This document shows, in pieces, positions 40,001-49,568 of a stretch of 64,000 bases of DNA. The position numbers were made by a program, and so were the translations under genes. Source of the DNA: Candidatus Eiseniibacteriota bacterium. GTDB taxonomy: Bacteria > Eisenbacteria > RBG-16-71-46 > JABDJR01. The notes under the pieces are model-generated. The model saw only the letters and a program-made list of their open reading frames with translations. It did no database searches and had not been told where the DNA came from. The DNA is taken from the NCBI GenBank assembly GCA_963783375.1, contig CAWANH010000028.1:1184001-1248000 (forward strand), given 5' to 3'. Positions within the stretch are counted from its first letter, which is position 1. Each line of letters begins with the position of its first letter.

Positions 40001-43000
40001 TCTCCGGGGCGAGGACGGGGTGACCCCGGTGGTGGGAGCGGCGGTCTACGCCGTCTCCGACGCCTCGGGCGACACCCTGCAGATGACGATCAGCGGTATG
40101 GACGGGGTCTACCGCTTCTACGAGGTCTCGGAGGACTTCAGGATCTGGGTCCAGCCCCTGGACGGCGGGGCCGAGGTGAACGGCCTCACCGCGGGCGCGG
40201 TGAACGGCGCCCTGGCCACGGTGGCCGAGACCGACTTCCTGGGCGAGTACTGGGACGGTCCGGCCGAGACCAACAGCGACTTCGGGGGAACCGGGGCGGT
40301 GGTCACCGTTCCCGGGTCGGCGGTAACCGGTGCCGACGTTCTCACCAACCCCGATCTCACCGGGCCGGTCGTCGTGGACCAGACCCCGGCGGACGGGGCG
40401 CTGGACGTCCCCGCGGTGGGGATCCTCTCGGCCAAGTTCAGCGAGAAGATCGACCGGAACAGCATCTCCGGGAGCACGGTCTCGCTTCGCGACGTCGCCA
40501 CCCTGACCGGGGTGGGGGGGGCGGCGGCGCTCCTCCAGCGGGACAGCCTGCTGGTCTTCACCCCATCCGCACCCCTGGCCTACAGCACCCAGTACCAGTT
40601 CACCCTGGGTCCGGGGCTCACCGACAAGTTCGGGAACCCCATGGCCTCGGCGGCGGTGATCACCTTCACCACGGAAGCGGCGCCGCCGGTCACCCTGACC
40701 TCCGCATCCCCCCCCGAGGTCCCGGTGGGGGCCACCCTGCTCCTCTCCGGGACCGGGTTCGATCCGAATCCGGCCGGGAACCAGGTGCACTTCCCCGGCG
40801 CGTCTCCGGTGACGCCGTTCGGCGCCACGTCCGTTCAACTCGCGGTGACGGTTCCGGCCGGGGCGACGAGCGGGAACGTCACGGTGACCGTGGGCGCCCA
40901 GAGCAGCGGCCCGATCGCGGTGACCATCGTTCCCCGGAAGGCCCCGCCCCAGGGGAACCTCGTGGACGAGACCGCCCTCGGGGCCGATCCGCGGAAGATG
41001 GCCATCGAACCGGACGGTTCCTTTGTCTACGTGGCCACCGATCACGGGGTGGCCGCGGTGGACGTGCGTCCGGCGGGCGGATCGTACCTCGCCGTGACCC
41101 CGATGGCGGTTCCCGGCGGGTGCGTCGGCGTGGCGAGCCTTCCCGACGGTCTTCATGCGATCGCGGTGGGGGGCGCCCCGGCCAAGCTCTATCTCATCGA
41201 CACGAACCCGGCCAGCGGGTCGTTCAACTCGATCGTGGACGAGGCCGGCCTGGTGGACCCGCCCCTCGGCGTGGCCTCGATCCCCGCGAGCGGGGACGTG
41301 CTCGTGGCCTATGCGGACCGGGTGGTTCTCCATTCCGGCGGCTCCGGCGCCCCCCTGGGCCAGGAGCTTCGCCAGTGGAGCGCGGCCGGGACCGGGTTCC
41401 TCGGCGATCTCGCGGTCTCGGCGAACGCCGGGGAAGCCTACGCGGCCACGACCGGCGGCATGGTGGCGGTGCTGGGATTCGGATCCCTGGAAGGGATCGT
41501 GACCCAGCTCTCGAACGGGCCCTACCCACGGGAGATCGGCCCGCTACCCGCCGGCGGCTTCCTGGCCGCCGAGGGCACCGGGGTACTCCGGCGCTTCGCT
41601 GCCCGCGGCCCCCAGACCCGGAGCCTGGTGCTCTCCGGCGGATTCAGCGGCATCGCGGTGTCTCCGGAGGGCGAGTTCGCCTACGCGGCCAACTTCACCC
41701 TGAACCGGATCGACATCCTGGACGCGCGCGGAACCGGTCTCGCCTCCACCGGGACCTTCGCCACCGACGTGGATCCACGGGACGTGGCGACCGGAAGCGG
41801 CGGGCGGTACGTCTACGTCATCACCGGGGGGGACAGAAGCTCCAGGTGTTCGACACCGTGAGCGGTCCGCACGTGGACTCCGTGTTCCCGCCTTCGGGAC
41901 GCGGGGGCACGCTCATGACCCTGGGGGGCTCGGGCTTCGATCCCGTCCCCGCCAACAACACGGTTCTGATCGCGGGGGTATCGACCACGCCGCTGTCGGT
42001 CGAGTCGGACGGACGGTCGATGCTGATCGACCAGCCCGCGGCGGCGGCCTCCGGGCCGGTGACCGTGACCGTGGGCGGGCAGACCTCCAACGGCGTCGAG
42101 TACCGGGTGGTGAACCGGGCCAACGCCGGGAACCTCGGGCTGGCCGCGCAACCGGACTTCGGCGGCGCCTCCCTGGACCGGGTGCTGGAGTCGCCCACCG
42201 GCGCGTTCCTGTTCGCGCTTCACGCCGACGGGGCGCTGTCCGTCCTCCGGGCCGATCCGTCCAAGGCCGACTTCCTCCGCGCGGTCGAGGAACTGGCCCC
42301 CGCCGTCTCGGGGCTGAGCGGCTCCGGACCGATGGCCGCCTCCCCCGACGGCCGCAAGCTCTACGTGGGCGACCCCGCCGGGTCGATCGCGGCGTTCACC
42401 GTGGACGAGAACGGAACCGTCCCGGTGGTGCGGGCGGGCAGCGTGTCGGTCGGCGGCGCCCCCGTGACCGCAGACGCGACCGGGCTGGCGTTCTCCCCGG
42501 CCGGGGACCGGCTCTACGTGTCCTCCGACACCGGCCAGTTCCTGGAGGTCGACGTGGCCGCCGACTCGCTCATGAGCGCAACCGTGTTCCCCAATCCGGC
42601 TCTCTCGGTGGCGGTCGACCCGCGGGGAGGCGCGGTGTACGTGGGCACGAACGGGTCATCTCCCCTGGTCGAGGTGATGGACATGAACCCCATGTCGGCG
42701 CTCTACCGCACCGCGGTCGCCTCCATCCCGCTGAGCGGGCAGTTCGGATCCGACCAGCTGCTCGTCACCCCCGAGGGATCGAGGCTTCTTGCGGTCACCG
42801 AGGAGGTCGGCCCGACGAGCCTGTTCCGGCTCTGCGCGGTGGATATCAACCCGGCCAGCGGGACCTACCGGACCGAGGTCGGATCCGCGGCGATCTCCTC
42901 GGGGAGCCTGCCCTTCGTGGCCCTCAACCACACCGGAGCCGTGGTGTTCGTGGTCGATCCCACCGGGCAATCGATCCGCTCCGCGGATCCGTTCTCCCTC

Positions 43001-45937
43001 CTCCCCGGGTCGGGCTCGATCCTGCTTCCCGCCTTCTCGGCGACGCACTCGCTGGCGCTTTCCCGGGACGACTCCCGGCTCTACGCGCAGGGGCCGGGAT
43101 CGACGATCCTCGCCCTGGACGTGACCCAGGCCGACGGCCTGCAGCTGGTCTCCGGGGACGGACAGGTCGGCGTGGCCGGTGAGCCCCTGCCCGCGCCGCT
43201 GGTGACCCGGGTGGTCGGCGCGGATCCGGAAGGGACCCTGGTCACCTACCAGGCAACCCCCACCTCCGGGGACTTCGGATATCCGGACCAGCTGGCCTAC
43301 ACCGCCGCGGACGCCAACGGGCTCGCCCAGGCGACGTATACCACCGGCCCCGGAAGCACCCTGGCGGACACCGTGACGGTCCGGACGGTGGGTGGCGGAG
43401 TCAATTTCCTGATTCCGGTGCTTCCCGACACCAGCCTGGCTCCGCCCCAGATCGTTTCGGTATTCCCGAATCCGGCCGCGCCGGGCACGCCGGGGGTCAA
43501 CACCTACATCGCGGTGGACTTCTCCAAGTCCATCGATCCGGCCTCGGTGAGCTCCTCCACCTTCGCGGTCCGCCCCGCCGGTGGGAGCGCCCTGACCGGG
43601 ATCTACACCTACGCCAACCGGGGCCGCCGGGTGGTGTTCAAGTCGAGCGCGCCCCTCGCCTACAGCAGCGCCTACGAGTTCGAGTTGACCTTGGGGCTCC
43701 GCGACTACAACGGGAACAACCTGACGAACCCGGGTACCTATCCCTTCACCACCGCCGCCCCGGCCCCGCCGGTGCTCTTCGCGGCGGATGCCCCCGCCGC
43801 CCGGGCGGGATACCGGATCGTGCTCTCCGGGTCCGGCTTCGCCCCCGTGGCCGGAAACAACACCGTCCTCTTCGGCGCGGTGTCCGCGGTCCCGGTCCAG
43901 GCCGACCCCGGGGCGCTCCTGCTGGGCGTGCCCCTGGGCGCGGTCTCCGGACCGATCCGGGTGGTGGCGGGGTCCGACACCTCGAACGCGATCCCCTTCA
44001 CCGTGCTCGCCCCGGTGTCCGCCCCGGTGAACGAGGTGGTGGCCAGCGTGGACGTTCCGGTGAGTGGACAGCAGATCGCGGTGACCCCGGACGGAAGCCG
44101 GGCCTACATGACCGCGCCCTCGGCGGACGCGGTGGTGCCCCTGGTGATCGGCGACCGGGTCTCCGAGCCCCAGGTTCCGGTAGGTCAGCACCCCTTCGGG
44201 GTCACGACCTCCCCCAGCGGCGACCGGGTCTACGCGAGCAACTTCCTCTCCAACACGATCTCGGTGATCGATGCGGTGCCTTCCCACCCCTCGTTCCACC
44301 GGGTGATCGCCACCATCCCCACCGGTCTCCAGCCTTCGGGGATCGCCGCCCATCCCGACGGCCGGACCCTCTACGTGTCCAACTACGGGGACAGCACCCT
44401 GAGCGTGCTCGACACCGACAGCACCAGCGCCTCGGTCTACTCGGCCAGGGCGTCGGCCCCGTTGGACGGATCCACCCAGTCGGTGGTGGTGACCCCCGAC
44501 GGGGGACGGGTGGTGGTGGGAACGAGCAACGGGCTGATCATCCTCGACGCCGGCGACCTCACCGCCAGGGCTGCGGCCCCGATCGACGGGGGCAGCCAGT
44601 CGGTGGTGGTGACGCCGGACGGCGGGTTGGCGGTGGTCCTCACCACCACCCACCAGCTGGTCCTGGTGGACATCATCCCCGGGAGTCCCACCGAGGGCCA
44701 GGCCAAGGCGGCGGCGCCGGTGGACGGGAGCAGCCAGTCGGTGGTGGTCTCCCCCGACGGCGCGTTCGTCTACGTCACATCCTCGAGCGGCTTCGTCGCC
44801 GTCTACCAGATCGTGCAGACCGGCGGGGCGGCGGCCCGGGCGGACGGGGTGAGCTCCGGGCTCTCCCTGGTGTTCGTGAGCCAGATACAGGTCGGGGAGA
44901 ACCCCACCGGGTTGACCTTCGATCCTTCCGGCTCCGGGCTCCTCCTGGTGGTGAACTCCGGGTCCAAGACCGTGAGCTTCATCAACGTCAGCGCGACCCT
45001 GAGCCGCGTGGTGGCGACGTCGAACGTGACCCCGAACACGCTGAACCTGAACTCGAACGGGAAATACGTCAAAGCGTCCCTCCAGTTCCCCGATCCCTAC
45101 ACCCCGGACCAGGTGGCGCTTTCCAGCTGCCGGCTCGAGGGGGTCGTGGAACCGGACACCGCCAAGGCCTCGATCGGCGATTTCAACGGGGACGGGGTGC
45201 CCGAGCTGTCGCTCAAGTTCGGCCGGCAGGCGCTCTTCGATGTCCTCCAGCCGGGACAGGAGGTCCCGGTCACGGTGACCGGGCTCGTGGCCGGCCATCC
45301 GTTCACCGCCACCGACACCGTCCGGGTGCTTCGGCCCCACATGGTGAAGCCGAAGAAGAACGACGTGCTGGTGGCCGGGGCGGAAACCGAGATCCGCTGG
45401 CTGCCGTCCCCGGACGGGCCGTTCGACCACGTGGACCTCTACTGGAGTTCGGACAACGGGGCGAGCTGGGACACCGTGGTGGTGGGGACCCCGGACGATT
45501 CGTCCTATGCCTGGACCGCTCCCGAGGTCGAGTCCACGGCGTGCCTGCTCATGGTGGTGGAGTTCAACGCCAAGGGGAAAGTGATGGGGATCGAGCTCAC
45601 CGCCGACCCCTTCGTCATCGCCCACATCACCGGAGAGGGTCCGCGGGAGATCCCGGCGCGGTTCGCGCTGCTTCCCGCCGCCCCCAACCCGTTCCGATCC
45701 TCGACCCGGATCGCCTTCGATCTGCCGCGGGACGGAAAGGTCAGCCTCCGGGTCTACGGTCTCGACGGATCCCTGGTGCGGGTCCTGGCCGAGAACCGGC
45801 CGTTCCCCGCCGGAGAGCACGGGATCCAGTGGGACGGCGTGGACGAGAGCGGCCGCCGGGCGGCGAGCGGGGTCTATTTCGTGCGGATCCACGCCGGGAG
45901 CGAGCTCGCGGTGCGAAAGGTGATCCGCATCCAGTAG
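34071..45937 (+). CDS. Giant secreted multidomain protein (~3,955 aa): 3x[FG-GAP propeller+ASPIC/UnbV], PD40 propeller, matrixin metalloprotease, Ig/IPT domains, YVTN-like propellers, FlgD-Ig tail; frameshift at G7 41826-41832
   Basis: Many WGDYDNDGDLDLY repeats; three HWL...SN..IG....FGLG...WPSG domains; PxWSPDG repeats; HEFGHFFGMSH (39831-39863) plus STMF Met-turn. Continues in the 41120-45937 frame as GQKLQVFDTV... and ends PNPF...WDG...SGVYFVRI. Confidence 0.88.
44444..44761 (+). repeat. Three near-identical propeller-blade repeats (A[RK]AxAPxDGxxQSVVV[TS]PDG)
   Basis: Copies start at 44444, 44564 and 44702 and share CCAGTCGGTGGTGGT at DNA level. Confidence 0.8.
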
Positions 45938-45946
45938 GTGGTGGGA

Positions 45947-45977
45947 GCCGTACCGCCGCGGGCCGCGGTGGTACGGC
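45947..45977 (+). terminator. 14-bp hairpin right after the giant gene stop (3' protective or terminator hairpin)
   Basis: GCCGTACCGCCGCG-ggc-CGCGGTGGTACGGC with one G-U pair; no U-tract. Confidence 0.5.
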
Positions 45978-46061
45978 GTCGCCCTCCGCATCCCGGCGCG
46001 CGATGGCGAACCGGGGCAAGGGGACGGCGTCGCCCTCCGCGACCGGTGGCCTTGCTGTGGG

Positions 46062-46103
46062 TCGGCCCGGGGATTAGTCTTCCCGGGGCCGGCCCCTTTT
46101 TTT
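46062..46103 (+). terminator. Intrinsic terminator-like hairpin + T7, overlapping a TTGCTG-N17-TAGTCT promoter
   Basis: TCGGCCCGGGGA-ttagtct-TCCCGGGGCCGG then CCCC and T7 (46097-46103). Confidence 0.5.
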
Positions 46104-46118
46104 GCATCGGAGGAAGGC

Positions 46119-47917
46119 GTGTCCGAACGGAAAATCTCCCACTTCGAGCTGGAAACGCTCCTGGGAGAGGGCGCCATGGGTCGGGTCTATCGCGCCCGGG
46201 ACACCGTGCTGGACCGGCCGGTGGCGATCAAGCTCCTCTCCGCCCGCACCCTCGGCGACGCCTCGTTCCTGGAGCGCTTCCGCCGCGAGGCCCGGCTCGC
46301 CGCCCAGCTCAACCATCCGAACATCGCCACCATCTACGCCTTCGGGGAAGAGGGGGGCGAGGCCTACATCGCCATGGAGTTCGTGGAGGGGGAGGACCTG
46401 GGCGAGCGGTTGAAGCGCGACGGCCCGCTCCCGGTGGCCGACGTGCGCCGCTTCGGGCGCCAGGCCGCCTCGGCGCTGGCTGCCGCCCACGCCCGGGGCA
46501 TCGTCCACCGCGATATCAAGCCCCCGAACCTGATGATCACCCCCCAGGGCGACATCAAGGTCATGGACTTCGGAGTGGCCCGTCGCTCCGGGGACACCGA
46601 GCTCACCATGGCCGGGGCGCTGGTGGGGACGGCCAACATCATGGCCCCCGAGACCATCGAGGGTAGGGAGCCCACCCCGGCCTCGGACCTCTTCTCCCTG
46701 GGATGCGTTCTCTACGAATGTCTGGCCGGGCAACCCGCCTTCCCCGGCCGCGAGCTCATGACCGTCCTGAACCACGTGGTGAACCGCGAGCCGACTCCGG
46801 TGGAGCAGTTCCGGCCGGACACCCCGCCGGAGCTGGCCGCCCTGATCGCCGGCCTCCTGCGAAAGGACCCCGTGGCGCGGACCGGTCCCGCCCGGGAGGT
46901 GGAGCGGGCGCTCTCCGACGGAACCCTGTCCGGAGAGTGGAACGCGGGCGAGACCATGGCGATCGCCCCCGCCGGGGCCACGATGGTGCTCCCGACCGGA
47001 GCCGGGGCGACGGGGGCCCCGGGGTCGGAGGAGGGGGCGGCGACGTCCGAGCCGGGGGCGGCGGCATCCATCGAGACGGCCGGAGCCGGAACGGACTTCG
47101 GCGCGGTTCGCCGCGGGCGGCGCCTGCCCGCGATGTGGCTCTTCGTCATCCTCGCGGTCATGATCGCGGTGGGGGCGGGGGTCGTGTGGGTGGCGCTTCG
47201 CGGGGCGAGCCATGCGGGGGGGAACCGGGAGCTGGCGGTAACCCTGACCACCCAGGCGGTGAAGCTTGTCCAGAAGAACCCGGGTTCCGCCCCGATCCGC
47301 GACCAGGCCGAGGGCACCTATCGCGAGGCCATCGAAGCCGACTCCACCTACGCCGTTCCCCGGAACAACCTGGGCCGGATCCTCTTCGAGAAGGGGCAGG
47401 TGGACGAGGCGGTCACCCAGCTCCGGGCCGCCGTCCGTCTGGATCCCGAAAACGCCGCCGCCGAAGCCAACCTGGCCGACGCGCTGGAGGCCCAGGGGAA
47501 TCGGGACGCGGCGGAGACCGCCTATCGCGCGGCGGTCCGGCTCGACCGCGCGCACAAGGTGCCGGCGGCCCCCAACAACCTGGCCCTCCTCCTGATCGAG
47601 GGGGGAAGGGGGGGGAGGCCCTGGCCGTGCTCGAACAGGCCGAGAGCGACTACCCGGTCCTCGGCGGGTCCGCGGCGTTCTGGAAGAACTACGGCCTGGC
47701 GCTTCGAGCGTCGGGCCGGGAGGCGGGAGCGGACTCCGCGTTTGCCCGCGGGGCGGCCATCGACCCGGCCTATATTGCGGTCAAGGCGGGGGAGGCCGCC
47801 GACCGTGGGGACACCGGAGCGGCCCGGGCGCTCTGGCTCGCGGTCTCCGAGGCCTCGGACCCCGGGCAGGCGGCCCGGGCCCGGGAAGCGCTGAAACGAC
47901 TTGGGGATGCGCACTGA
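46119..47917 (+). CDS. Hanks-type Ser/Thr kinase with TM helix and extracytoplasmic TPRs (~599 aa); frameshift in G-tract 47600-47615
   Basis: LGEGAMGRVY, VAIK, HRDIKPPN, DFG, GT..MAPE, SDLFSLG; TM WLFVILAVMIAVGAGVVWVAL; TPRs continue as EALAVLEQ...EALKRLGDAH in the frame ending 47917. Confidence 0.9.
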
Positions 47918-48044
47918 GAGGGGACAGGGTCCCCCCGACCGCGCCGCGGCTCGCACGGGATCGGGTCGCCTGTGGATTGAAGAAAATTCATGAGGGATGT
48001 AGTCTTTCCGCCGTTCCCGACGCCGTGCCCGAAAGGAGAGCCCC

Positions 48045-48941
48045 GTGAGACGACTCGGACGGATCGCCCTGTTCCTTGCCCTCCTCGTCTCGAGCGCCGC
48101 CGCCCCGGCCCTGGCCCAGCTCGAAGACAACCTCTCCGCGTATGCCGACGAGACGGCCAAGGGCTATCTCATGCCCCTGCAGGAGGCCTTCGGCCAGGCC
48201 CTGAACAGCAACTTCTACACCTCGGCCCACATCCCCCGGACGGGGCTCCGCTTCCGGGTGGAGATCCGGGCCATGTCGGTCCTGTTCAAGAACGCCGACG
48301 ACACGTTCACCGCCGCCACCGGCGGGGATTTCGAACCCCCACAGACGGTGGAAGCGCCTACCGTGGTCGGTTCCGGGCAGTCGGTTTCGGTGACGGGGGA
48401 CGGGGGGACCGAGTTCGTGTTTCCGGGGGGATTCGATCTCAGCTCGTTCACCATCGGGGTGCCGCAGATCACCGTCGGTTCGTTCGCGGGCACCGAGGCA
48501 TCGGTGCGCTGGATCGCCTTCGACACCGGCGACTCGGAGATCGGCAACATCTCCCTCTTCGGGATCGGCGTCCGACACAACATCTCCCAGTACCTGGTGG
48601 CCGCGCCGGTCGACCTGGCCGCGGGGGTGTACTACCAGAAGCTGAACGTGGGGGACGATCTCCTCAAAGCCAACTCGTTCACGGTGGGCGTCCAGGGAAG
48701 CCGGGACTTCGGCGCGATCACCCCCTACGGCGGCCTCTCCCTGGACACCTTCGCCTTGAAGGCCAACTACACCGCGACCGCGGGGTCGGTGGACCAGGAC
48801 GTCCACCTCGATTTCGGCTCCAGGAAGAGCCTCCACCTCGCGGCGGGGGTGGGGCTGAATCTGGGTGTGGTCCATCTGAACGTGGGCGGCGATATCTCGG
48901 ACCGGGTCGGCGTGAACGCCGGGCTCGCGGTCGGACTGTAG
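48045..48941 (+). CDS. DUF6588-like outer-membrane beta-barrel protein
   Basis: Signal peptide; AKGYLMPL..AFG..LNS..Y.SA, PQITVG, FGIGVRHNI; amphipathic C-terminal strand VNAGLAVGL. Family recalled, not searched. Confidence 0.6.
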   Translation: MRRLGRIALFLALLVSSAAAPALAQLEDNLSAYADETAKGYLMPLQEAFGQALNSNFYTSAHIPRTGLRFRVEIRAMSVLFKNADDTFTAATGGDFEPPQTVEAPTVVGSGQSVSVTGDGGTEFVFPGGFDLSSFTIGVPQITVGSFAGTEASVRWIAFDTGDSEIGNISLFGIGVRHNISQYLVAAPVDLAAGVYYQKLNVGDDLLKANSFTVGVQGSRDFGAITPYGGLSLDTFALKANYTATAGSVDQDVHLDFGSRKSLHLAAGVGLNLGVVHLNVGGDISDRVGVNAGLAVGL

Positions 48942-48950
48942 GAGGCGGCC

Positions 48951-49562
48951 ATGAAACGAAGCATCGTAGTGCTCCTGGCGCTGACCGGCGCGCTGTTCTC
49001 GTTGACCGCGGACAGCTGCTTCCTCTCCACCAAGACGGTCGAGGTGCCGGTGCGGGGGAGCGGGGACCTGCTCTTCACCACCCAGGGGAACAACCCCGAC
49101 GACGCGGACAGCAAGCTCATCGACTTCGCCGGGCTCATCGAGGACCTGGAGAAGGAGAGCGACTTCGATGCCCTGGTGAGCGCCCACATCGAGAACGGCT
49201 ACTGGCGGGTGGCGCGAAACGGCGGCGCGGCCACCACCATCGTGCGCGGCTCGATCACCGTCCAGCGGGAGAGCTCGGCCGCCCCCGGCGTGTCGCTCAT
49301 CAGCTACACCGGCGTGGCGATCGCCTCGGTGCTGGGGGACTTCAAGGTGGCGCCCCTGAACAGCCAGGGGGTCGATCTCCTGAATCAGGGGTTCGACCAG
49401 TACCTCCAGGCCAGGGCCCTGGGCCAGCCTCTTCCCGATCTACGGTACCGATTCTTCTGGAACAGTCACTCCGACACCGTGCCGGTCGATTTCGACTGGG
49501 AGGGGAAGGTGAAGTTCACCCTGGTCGGGCTGACCAAGGTGGACGTGCCGGAGGTGTTGTAG
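48951..49562 (+). CDS. Hypothetical lipoprotein
   Basis: GGAGG RBS; MKRSIVVLLALTGALFSLTADSC; beta-rich body. Confidence 0.75.
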   Translation: MKRSIVVLLALTGALFSLTADSCFLSTKTVEVPVRGSGDLLFTTQGNNPDDADSKLIDFAGLIEDLEKESDFDALVSAHIENGYWRVARNGGAATTIVRGSITVQRESSAAPGVSLISYTGVAIASVLGDFKVAPLNSQGVDLLNQGFDQYLQARALGQPLPDLRYRFFWNSHSDTVPVDFDWEGKVKFTLVGLTKVDVPEVL

Positions 49563-49568
49563 GGGCGG

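Noticed and set aside
33201-46177. Very long antisense ORFs (33201-36554, 37377-41333, 42656-46177) opposite the giant gene
   Set aside because: Shadow frames expected from high-GC codon bias; they mirror the sense repeats and contain no recognisable motifs.
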